From the NCBI GenBank assembly GCA_000004985.1, contig GG738936.1: 64,000 bases of DNA; one strand, 5' to 3'. Source of the stretch: Naegleria gruberi (Eukaryota). Below the pieces are notes generated by a model. The model was not told the DNA's origin. It made no database searches and saw only the letters and a list, made by a program, of their open reading frames with translations. Below are positions 54,256 through 64,000 of the stretch, one piece after another. The position numbers and the translations under genes are program-made. Within the stretch, counting starts at the first letter, position 1. Every line of letters begins with the position of its first letter.

Positions 54256-57200
54256 TTATCTTGAATTAACAATTTGGTTTCTCTTAACAACTTTAATTTC
54301 AGTTGCTCCATGAGTATGAGATGTTATTCCAGTAATCATTCCAATTAAATTTGATGATGTTAATGGATAACCTTCAATTAACTTTTCAATACCTCTAATT
54401 GCTAAAATGGAAACCCAACATGCAACAGAATTCAAAAGAACAATTAAATAATTGGTTGGATCCATCATCATTTGATTAAAAACACCATAGGTATATTTAC
54501 CACCAGGAACAGCACTAAGAATTGGTGATGTAATACCCAAGAATGCTCCCGCATTTCCATAAACAGCCAAATAACAATAGTAACCAATCAAAGTTACAAT
54601 AATAACACCCATATTAATAATATTAAATGAATTTGAATACGTTAGGAATGATAAAACTGAAGTCCATAAAACACTAGAATAGAGAACATGTCCCATATAA
54701 TCCTTATCTATTGATTGTCTGATAAATGAATTATTATCATTGAATGCTAACCAAGTGAATGATAAAATAATACCAGCATGTAAAAAGCCAATACCAATCC
54801 AAGTTAAAAATGTTCTTGGGTTTAGACTTTTAGACTTTTGACAAGACTTATATAAAGCTGGATTTGTAATTAAATCATCCATTCTTGAATTAAAATCAAA
54901 AACATATGTAAATATAAATATACCAGTAAATACAAAGTTATAAAGAGCAAGAGACAACTCATTGTAAATAGAAATACCACTAAAACCAGTAAAAATGTTA
55001 AATAAAACTTGAATCAAAGCCAATAAAACATTCTTATAAAAAGAGAATTGTGAAATCATTGAAGTTCTGTGATATGATAAATGACCATGTTTAAATAACA
55101 ATGGTATAATATGTCTAAATTTACCAACAGCAAAATCAGCAGATCTTGCAGCTTGTAAACCTTCATTACCAGCAATACCAACACCAACATGAGCTTTTTG
55201 AATCATTGGAATATCATTTTGACCATCACCAATAGCTAATGCAATTACACTTCTCTTAAATAAATATAAATTTAACATGTGAAGAAATCTCTTAAACATA
55301 TTTTCCTCTCTCTTAATAGCTCTCTTATCATGATTAATAACAAGTGAAACAATATCTGCTTTTTGACCTGGTGTAACTCTACAACAAATTACACTTTTTG
55401 CATTCATTAAAATCTTTTCAAAAAGTGCCATATCAATTTGTTCAACTTCCTTCTTATCATGTTGAGGATGCATTATTAATGAAAGTGTAAAACCATTAAC
55501 AATTACAGAGTAATTATCTTGAATTTTAACTAATTTTAAAATGTTAACTAAACATTCATTCAAATTAGCTGTTGATTGACCACTAATTTCATGAAGTGAA
55601 TTCAATCCATCAATTAATTGACATGAAAGTGCAATTTGTTGAGCAGTTTCTTGTTTATCACCAGTTAACATCCACATGTTAATTCCTGCTTGCCTTAATT
55701 TCTTAATTGTTTGTGGAACTTGTTCTTGTAATTCATCTTCAATAGCTGTTATTCCTAAATAAGTTAAATTTGATTCAATATTTGAATAAAGTTTTGATAA
55801 TTCAGCTTCTCTTCCTTCTGATAAAGTGCTAACAACTCTCAATTTATCTTCAAAAATTTTATATTCTTGTGGTTCAATATATTTAAAACCAACAAGTAAA
55901 GTTCTTAAACCAGTTTTTGAAAATTCATTAATTTGATTCTTTGAAGTTTGATTCAAATCACTTGAACAAAAATCATTTTTCATCAAAGATAACATCATAT
56001 CATCTGCACCTTTACAATAAAGTATAACCTTATCAGTATGAACATCTCTTACAATAACACTCATTCTCTTTCTATCAGATGTAAATTTAAATACATGTAA
56101 TAAATCATACTTTTCAGTATTATTTTCAGAATCAATTGCACTATCAATCAAAGGTATAATTTGACTCACTGAAACATTTCCAGAATTTGTATGATTATAT
56201 GAATAACTACGTGCACTCTTATTACCACTTCTAGCACTGTTCATTTCATTTATAAGAGTATTATATTGAATATTAGAATTTGTAACTGATCCATTAGTTG
56301 AACCACCATTTGGATCCATTAAATTATATTTCAATGAATAAAAATCATGTTGAGTTTCATAAACTTCAATACCAACTGTTTGACATGCTTTTACCAAACA
56401 TTCTTCATCTGGACTAATACTCTTATATTCATTACCTTCTCTTTTACATGTATGACAAAGTGAAAGTGCTGTAAAGAATTGAGTAACTAAAAATGGTCGT
56501 AATTCACTTCTATCATCTAAATAATATCTTTCATAAAAATCATTATTTTGTTGATATGAATGAAGTGTTTTAACAGATCTTATAAAACTTCTAACTGCAT
56601 CATTTCCACTATCATCAAAGTCATAAACTTGACCATAAACAGAACATTTCTTAAATATCATTCTATTTTCTGTTAATGTACCAGTTTTATCTGATAGAAT
56701 ATAATTAACTTGACCCAAGTCTTCACAAATATCACTATTTGATACAATACATGGCCAATCCTTCTTTGGATCGTATAAAGTTAAATCCCATTCAATAAAT
56801 AATGAGAAAATAATCTTCATAAAGTCAATTGTAATTTTGAGGGAAATTGGAATCATATAAGTTGTTAAGAGGAAGAATCTAATTGGCATAACAACAAATG
56901 GATCTAAAATTGAACCTTCCTTAATAGCCAAATACCAACTTCTTCCTTTCAATAACTTTTCATTTGATAAAATACCTAAAACACCACCAATTATAGCAAT
57001 AGCAATTTGAATGAAAAATATAGCAATTGACATCTTATCAATCTTGTAATCAGATTGAGCCTTCTTATTAGGTGCCTTAGTCTTATTCATACCTGATTTT
57101 GTTTCATTTCCTGTATAAACAACTAAACCATAACTGAATGAAACATTCTTTAAATGACATGATTGACAAAGAAGTTGTTCAGCACTCAATGAAACAATCT

Positions 57201-58988
57201 TTAAATGATTGGATGAATTCTTAGCTGCTTCTGATATTGACAAACTATGATTGCTCATTTTCTCTTCACAAGTATCAGCATTATTGCTACGACTATTATT
57301 TGGGAATGTGCTATAGTCATATAAAAACATGGTACTATCAAATGTATACATATCTCTATTAGGTTGAGCACATTTAACAAACATTGGACATGTGAGAAGG
57401 AACTTATCATGCGAATATGGTATTAAATCTCTTGGTGCTTGTTTTAACTTTAAATCAACTTCACCATCCATGTTTGCTGTAGTAACATAGGATATGCCAT
57501 TTTCATTCGCTGATTGAATGAGTACACAATCTGCTGGTATTTCATCATTCTCTTCAAGTTTAATAATATCACCAACCTTAATATCCTTAGATTTAATCTT
57601 TATAAGGAAATCATCTTGTCTTGAATTATTAATAGATGATGTATTAAGATACTTTCTATTAACAACAGTAAATGTTTTAAAATTAGACTTGTAATCATTG
57701 TAGAATCTCTTCAAATCATCATATAATGCCTTAACAGCTGTAATGAGAAGAGCAACAATGAGTGGAGCCCAAGTAGTAATAGGATTAACAGGTGATACTT
57801 CACTCCATAATTGTAAACAAGCAATAGCTAAAAAGTACCTATTCATGTTAGAAGTAAGGAATTGTGTAGTGATATTATGTGGTATGAAGGTAAATAGTGT
57901 ATACTTAGAGTTGGAGATTTCATTGTTAGGGTAATAATATTTATACTTGGTTTTGAGCTCCTTATAAGGATGTGTTGTGGCATTGAGAGAGGCGCTATGT
58001 TTTGGATTGTTGGTTATTAATCTTTGATGATTATTCTGTTCAACATTTGAATGTGTTCTTACTATTCTTTCTCTATCAAAATAGACTGGATTGAACCATG
58101 ATCTTGGACTGTTGAAATGTTACACACATAATTGTTATTAGTAGTAATAAATAAATGATTATAAAGTTATTAAGGAATATTATCAACAATAAAACTTACA
58201 TGATATGGAAAATAATAAGGTATCTTAAAAAGTAGTTGTAGACATAGTAATAGATCAAATATAAAATAAACTTCATCTTCTTTGTGGTATACTTTGTATC
58301 CATTTCAATGGACTTGAAAACATCAACACATTCAGAGTTCTCTGATCTCATACTTGAATTATTATTAGGAGTAACATTATTAGATGAAGCATGTGTAACT
58401 AATAATCGAGGTGGTGAATTAGCCGTAGATGTTAAAGCAGCTGAGGTAATAGCAGCAGTAGCAGTTGAGGATGAAGCGCCTTGTACTGAAGAAGATGAGT
58501 GTTCATAATGTTGTCGGTAGGTTCTTCTTGTNGTTGTCTTGTAGGTAGTAGTGGTTGTAGTCTTTGAACTCTTTTCATAAGAACCTTGCTGTTGTGAGGA
58601 GGATGCAATTATAGCTGTGGACGGTGAAGATGATGANNNNNNNNNNNNNNNNNNNNNNNNNNNNNNNNNNNNNNNNNNNNNNNNNNATGGATATTCTACT
58701 TTGAGCTGCCATTGTAGAAGTTGTAGTGTTATTGTTTGGATTTCCACTATAACTATTACTAACACTAACATTCCGATATGTAGCTATTTGACCATTCTTA
58801 TTATTATAATTGTTATATTTTGTGTAATGTTGAGTAGTTGTATGGGGAGAATTAAGGCTGTTTGTTGGAACCATTTGATTATTGTTAGAATTATTGTTGT
58901 TGTTGTTTGAAGCCTTGCCAGTGTAATTATTATACGACTCTTCCATCATCTCTGTCGATGTGGGAAGAGCGTCGTTGGGCCTATTCAT
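54256..58988 (-). CDS. P4-type ATPase (phospholipid flippase), with at least 2 exons and an assembly gap in the N-terminal low-complexity exon.
   Basis: The downstream exon 54256..58108 carries the P4 N-terminal motif SNSKYTLFTFIPHNITTQFL, TM1 NRYFLAIACLQLW, the phosphorylation site DKTGTLTEN, the hinge GDGQNDIPMIQKAHVGVGIAG, and ten TM segments. It joins in phase 2 to the upstream exon 58200..58988 (start MNRPNDALP, Asn/Ser/Thr-rich) through a 91-nt GTAAGT...CAACAG intron (58109..58199). An alternative GTATAC donor near 58283 is also in frame. Confidence 0.8.
58617..58686. other. Assembly gap (a run of N), with an additional single N at 58531.
   Basis: 70 consecutive n characters lie inside the Ser/Asn-rich 5' exon of the P4-ATPase. 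The reading frames on either side differ, so the gap length is unknown. Confidence 0.95.
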
Positions 58989-59406
58989 AGAGTTTGTGCG
59001 TTTTTTATTCCTTTATAATTTTTTATTGAGGATGTTTATTTTACATCCTTAACCGCAAACAAGGCTTTTTTAAAAAGTAACGTTTCTGGTGGGAAACCTC
59101 AATCCGTTTCAAATTTAGAAGTCATCTTAATATAGACGAAGAATCAAGTTCATTTTGTTGGTCTTCAATTTGGGTTTGTAACTTTCCACATACATACATT
59201 AAGGATTTCATGACCCCATTGCAACCAGCTGGATGAAATTTTCGTGTATTCTTTCTTCTTTGATAATCTTTATGATGAGACATTATTTGGTGTCATTTAA
59301 ACGTTGGAATTTAGAACTTCAACGTTCTTTTTCTATTTTTATTACAGCTTTAAAATAATTTATTGGTAACAACAACAAGAAGCCATCACTAAACAAAATC
59401 ATCATC

Positions 59407-59664
59407 ATGAACAGTGATATTTCTCAACAACACAGAGCAAGACTCGAAAATAGTACAAACATTCTTCAACAAAGTCAAAATACTCTCGACGAATGTGATC
59501 GAATCCTGAATGAAATTGAAGAACAAGCCATTGCTACCTCAGCCGAAGTAAAATCACAATCACAAAGAATTAAAGATATTAATGCAAAGTGTTATGATAT
59601 TGATGAAGAATTATCAATTGGTAATAAGATTTTAAAGAGAATGTCTAGTTGGTGGAGAGGATAA
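59407..59664 (+). CDS. Small coiled-coil protein with a SNARE-motif-like heptad region and no TM.
   Basis: An 85-aa ORF with a verified ATG. Its heptad pattern has a central Gln (EVKSQSQRIKDINAKCYDIDEEL) reminiscent of Qc/Bet1-type SNARE motifs, but no membrane anchor. The assignment is tentative. Confidence 0.3.
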   Translation: MNSDISQQHRARLENSTNILQQSQNTLDECDRILNEIEEQAIATSAEVKSQSQRIKDINAKCYDIDEELSIGNKILKRMSSWWRG

Positions 59665-60474
59665 TGATGTGTACATATTGAGAGGTCTTGAATCCTTATT
59701 AATACATGATTCAATTACTCCTTTTTAATCATACCTTATCACCTTATTAAATCTATCCGATTTTACTGAACACTTTGAATAAGAAATTTTAAATCTATTG
59801 ATACGGAGACACATTCCACCAACTGATGATCATCATTTAAATAAAAATTAAGTTTATTCAATTAGTTAGCTAATCACTATTGGATTTTTTGGGGTCCAAA
59901 GATTTTAAAACAATGCATGCTTGCTGCATGTTAATTTGAAACCTATTTTAAAATTCTAAAGAAAAATTCAAAAAAACAAGAACCCAACAGTCATGGATGA
60001 TAACACCAACTTGACTCAACGAACAATAACGTACAAAATATTGAATGTGGAAGAATTTTTACAACACGCGTGGAAGGAAAAACAGAACAGAGAAGGACAG
60101 AAATGAATCCAAGAAATACTTTGAAATAATAAAAAATGCACAGAAAAACAATAAAGCGATAGAGTTTTAAGGAAAGCAAGATACAAGGGACATTAATAAA
60201 CATTACAATTTATGTTAAGCCAGCAAGATACTGATTACATCTTTAATTTTGCTCTACTGCAATAAAATGCAATTTTGTCTGCATTTCAGTTAAAGGTTAT
60301 TGGATTCTTCTTAATATTTTAACCTACCTTATCACCATATTGAAACTACAATTTCTTCTGAACATTCCACTGATGATCACGCTTCCAGCCTTTTGATCAT
60401 CATTTTCAATTTTTGTAAAGAGATATTTGACGAGTTGGAGATGATCAATTGAACTTGAGGATCATCAGTTCACA

Positions 60475-61875
60475 ATGAAAATTGATGAGTTAACCAACAA
60501 AATCAGTAGAAAAAAAATGTCATCTCCTTCACAACAACAACAATTACATACAGTTTTAATAACAGGTGGATGTGGTTGTATTGCCCAACACTTAACAAAG
60601 GAATTATTATTAAATCATGAAGAATTAAATATTGATAAAATTATTTTACTTGATGTTCAACGTGAATGGACTCCTTTCTGGCATGTTTACAATAATTCTA
60701 ATACTATTAATAATACTACTACTATTGAATCTAATAATGATGATAATTCTAATAATAATTCTAATTCTAATAATAATATATGGAAATATCCAAGTTTAGA
60801 AATTGAAAAGGAAAAGATAAAATTCTATCAAATTGACATGTGTAATGAAAATAAATTAAATGAATTATTTTCGCAATTAATATCAGAATATAAAAATTTA
60901 ACAACAATATTTCATGTCATGTCAGCAATATTATTATGGTCACCACAAATGACAGATTTGGAAATATTAAATGTACAAATTACAAATCAATTATTAACAT
61001 TATCATTTAAATATTCTGATTATATTAAAAATTTTATATATACTAGTTCAGGTAATGTTTATTATAAAACATTTTCAGAAAATAAAAATTTTACAAGTGA
61101 AGATGAATTTCAAATCATTGAAAAAAATGAAAAATTTGAAATTTTAAATTCAAAAATTAATTTTCCAAATAATACACCATTAAATGTTGAATATAATTAT
61201 ATCATTACAAAAAGAAAAGCACATAAATTAGTAATAGAAAGACCATTTAAAGAAAATCAAAAATTAAATTCACTCGTATTAACACTTTGTATGACTATAT
61301 ATGGTGAAGGTGATCAAAATACTTTAAATTTAATTCAATCAAATAGAACTAATTTAGATATATCTGCAAAAGGTCATTCTTTATATGCAGGTAATGCTGC
61401 ACATGCTCATATTTTAGCATTTAAACAACTTTTAAATAATCCAAATATGGTAAGAGGAATGACATTTTCAGTACATGAAAATAATTTTGGACAATTATAT
61501 TTTAAAGCCTTGAGAGGTATTATGAAAAGTTTAACTAAAAATGATGAAAAATATTCAGAAAATAATACTCAAAAAATTCCAATTATATTCATGTATTTAA
61601 TTTGTTATTTTTTTATTATTTATAATTATATAATTTATTTATTAAATTTAATTTTACCATTTAAATTTATTAAAAAATTATATTTATATCCATTAGTTAC
61701 TAAATTTGTAATTGATGTTACTTATTTAAATAGATATGATGATTTTGATTTGAAAAATATTGAAAAATATTTAAATTATAAACCAAAATATAAAAGTGAA
61801 CAAGCCTATGATAGAATTGCACATTATTTAAAATCATTAGAAAAATTAGGTAAAATTAAATTACCAAAAATGTAA
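60475..61875 (+). CDS. NAD(P)-dependent 3-beta-hydroxysteroid dehydrogenase/NSDHL-like epimerase-dehydratase family protein with a C-terminal TM.
   Basis: A Rossmann motif VLITGGCGCIAQHL is present. The catalytic YxxxK-type region is SLYAGNAAHAHILAF. There are Asn-rich inserts, and the C-terminal hydrophobic segment IPIIFMYLICYFFIIYNYIIYLLNLILPF is typical of ER-anchored sterol dehydrogenases. The ATG at 60475 was verified. Confidence 0.7.
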   Translation: MKIDELTNKISRKKMSSPSQQQQLHTVLITGGCGCIAQHLTKELLLNHEELNIDKIILLDVQREWTPFWHVYNNSNTINNTTTIESNNDDNSNNNSNSNNNIWKYPSLEIEKEKIKFYQIDMCNENKLNELFSQLISEYKNLTTIFHVMSAILLWSPQMTDLEILNVQITNQLLTLSFKYSDYIKNFIYTSSGNVYYKTFSENKNFTSEDEFQIIEKNEKFEILNSKINFPNNTPLNVEYNYIITKRKAHKLVIERPFKENQKLNSLVLTLCMTIYGEGDQNTLNLIQSNRTNLDISAKGHSLYAGNAAHAHILAFKQLLNNPNMVRGMTFSVHENNFGQLYFKALRGIMKSLTKNDEKYSENNTQKIPIIFMYLICYFFIIYNYIIYLLNLILPFKFIKKLYLYPLVTKFVIDVTYLNRYDDFDLKNIEKYLNYKPKYKSEQAYDRIAHYLKSLEKLGKIKLPKM

Positions 61876-62692
61876 ATATTTTAAATAATTTAAAAATATT
61901 ATACTCTATTTAAATTCATTGTACAATATATCCATCATCAAAATAAACAAATAAATTATTATTATTATTATAATCAAATCATACTGCAATAATTTACTAT
62001 TATTATCATCAAACCGTTCATTAATGAATTTCAAACTTTCCCAATAAAGTTATTGAAACTTTAAATAGTCCGTTATAATCATCATACTCATTAATAATAC
62101 TACATGTCACTAATCAAAAGAAGAAGAATAAAAAAACAAATAAAAACATCATCATCATCAATTAATAACAAATCAAATGGGTAATGCTTTTGTTGTTAGA
62201 TCAAGAACACTCTCATCAGAAAGAGAAAATTACTACGGAGACGAAGTATATGAACCTAACAATAATAACAATAATAATTCAACAAATAATAATAATAACA
62301 ATTCAACGAAGAATAAGAATAGACAACGTATAGCAAATAATCAACCAACATCATCAACTCCATCATCTCCAACAACTAAACAATCATCAAATAATAATAA
62401 TACAAAATACTAATACTAACAATAATGAAGTAAATAATAGTAAAAATGTTAATAATAATAATCAACAATCATCCCTAGATTCTAATAATGTTTCTAATAA
62501 TAATAATAATAATAATAACAATACAATAACATCATCAACAATCACAACATCAATACCAATACAAACACAAAATTCCATAGAAAGATCATCCTCTACAATA
62601 ACCACTACTAGTACAACAACAACAACAACAACAACTCTGTTATTACATCATCAACACAACAACATTTACAATTATTACAACAAGTAGATGAA

Positions 62693-64000
62693 ATGTATAA
62701 AGAAATTGAAGCCTTTTCACAAGTTTCACCAGAATATAAAATTGGAATTTATAATTTATATAAAAAGATTAAAAAAAGATATCAATCTAATAATAGTATT
62801 GCAACACCCAATGAAATATCTTTGAAAAAACATTCCATTAGAATTGGTTCACCTTTACATTTTTATAAATATTTTAATGTACAATTAAAATTTGTAAAGG
62901 AAATGATTTATCAAGAATATTTAAATGATTTGGAAAATAATTTAACAAATATGGAAAATAATGAAGAAGAAGAAATTCCAAGTATGGAAGAATATTTTTC
63001 ACAAATTCCATCTAATGAAATTAAATTTAAAAAACCTTTAAAAGTAAAATTAATAATTTCAGATTTAAATCAACCTAAATTAGCAAGTAAAATGGCAAGT
63101 ACAGTAAATTCATTTGTAAATGTATTTTCCCAATTTGGATGGGTACATACTGCATTTAGTATTTCTAATTTAAAATTTGATTGGGTTAAAAGTGAATATT
63201 GTGAAACAGGTGATGTTAAAGGTACTTCATGTTTATTAGCAATTACTGTTAAGGAAATTGAATATTTAAATGAATTAGAAAATTGTTTAAAAATAGTATG
63301 TTTTTTTTTAATTTAATTTTTAATTTTTAATATATTTTAATTAATTTATTTTTTATAATTTCATAACTTTAATTAATTATTTATTAAAATATAATTAAAA
63401 TATAATTAAATAATTAAATAATTAATTAAATAATAATTAATTAATTAAATAATAATTAAATATAGTTAAGTGAAGAAGTATCAAAATGGAATAGAGAATA
63501 TTCATATGGAAGTGTAACTAATGATAAAAAATTACATTCTAAAAAAGTAGCAAATTGTCAAGACTTTACAATTTACATGTTACAACAAATTGGAGTTAAA
63601 GATTTAAAATTTGAAAATACAAGTATTGGAGATTATTTAGAATCAGTATTTAATAAAGGATTAATAGATATAGTATTTACTACAAATAAGGAATTTAGAG
63701 ATAAATATAATTTACTATTTAAAGAAAATAATATAAATAGAATAATTGATAAAAAACATACATTTCCTACACATAAAGATTTAGATTTATTTGTACATGA
63801 TTTTTTTAAAGTAGATTCAACATTTGAATCAACAGAAGAATGTCAATTATTAAAAGCCTTTGATAGAGGTTTTTGGTTAAAATATAGAAAATCATGTCAA
63901 ACGTCATCTTCATTTGATGATACTATTAGAAATGAACCTTTACATTTAGAAAATGAACATACTCATCATTTGGAAATTAATTGTCCATTTGGTGATCCAC
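62693..64000 (+). CDS. PPPDE/DeSI-like peptidase domain protein. Two exons are visible and the gene continues beyond the window.
   Basis: Exon 1 is 62693..63295 and ends at a GTATGT donor. A 170-nt AT-rich intron (63296..63465) follows, and exon 2 starts at 63466 in phase 0. His-containing motif 1 is FGWVHTAFSISNLKFDWVKSEYCETG. The Cys motif ANCQDFTIYMLQQIGV parallels the PPPDE NCNHFS...L motif. An upstream low-complexity ORF, 62177..62413, may belong to the same gene. Confidence 0.5.

Noticed and set aside
58196-58771. A Ser-rich ORF read as an independent gene.
   Set aside because: It is the downstream-of-gap portion of the P4-ATPase first exon. Its hydrophobic FILYLIYYY tail may be intronic (an alternative GTATAC donor) rather than a TM.
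62177-62413. Asn-rich ORF MGNAF... as an N-myristoylated protein gene.
   Set aside because: It is composed almost entirely of AAT/AAC repeats and is followed by several in-frame stops before the PPPDE exon. It is more likely 5' UTR, microsatellite or part of an unresolved upstream exon.
1-64000. Prokaryotic interpretations (CRISPR arrays, operons, RBS-driven ORFs) and ciliate-type stop-codon reassignment.
   Set aside because: The sequence has spliceosomal introns with GTAAGT/AG boundaries, a U2 snRNA, Pol III tRNA/5S genes and poly-Asn low-complexity coding tracts. All of TAA, TAG and TGA terminate the long ORFs. No direct-repeat/spacer arrays are present.

Overview
This is a eukaryotic nuclear window, AT-rich and gene-dense, with poly-Asn/Gln/Thr coding tracts, GTAAGT splice donors and very short (40-170 nt) introns. 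The gene content (an MPL1-like LRR+DUSP phosphatase, tRNA genes carrying the usual internal A/B boxes, a Dictyostelium-like 5S sequence) points to a dictyostelid-type amoebozoan. It is not D. discoideum itself, because the 5S sequence differs and coding GC is higher. TAA, TAG and TGA all act as stops, and nothing prokaryotic (CRISPR, operons) is present. I can support about 40 protein-coding genes, many multi-exon and hand-spliced here, 3 tRNA genes (two identical tRNA-Lys-CTT and one tRNA-Asp-GTC), a U2 snRNA, two chromosomal 5S rRNA genes arranged as a convergent inverted pair, and several DNA-level repeats. A run of N bases interrupts one CDS. Recognisable products include an SDR (short-chain dehydrogenase), an aldo-keto reductase, an EEP hydrolase (endonuclease/exonuclease/phosphatase family), a 3beta-HSD-like enzyme, a P4-ATPase flippase, a DDX46/Prp5-like helicase, an AIMP1/Arc1p-like tRNA-binding protein, a Rho GTPase and a ubiquitin-like protein. 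Unusual architectures are the main result: (1) a two-TM sensor-HAMP-(PAS-like)-RGS receptor-like protein; (2) a BRCT-BRCT-class II HDAC-parallel-beta-helix fusion; (3) an F-box ORF abutting, and possibly fused to, a Rho GTPase; (4) a secreted bacterial-type solute-binding-protein-3 (PBPb) domain protein; (5) tandem paralogous Pro/Tyr/Gln-rich two-TM mini-proteins; (6) a DDX46-like helicase missing motifs II and III; (7) a Chibby-like protein. All coordinates were derived by eye and exon boundaries are approximate.
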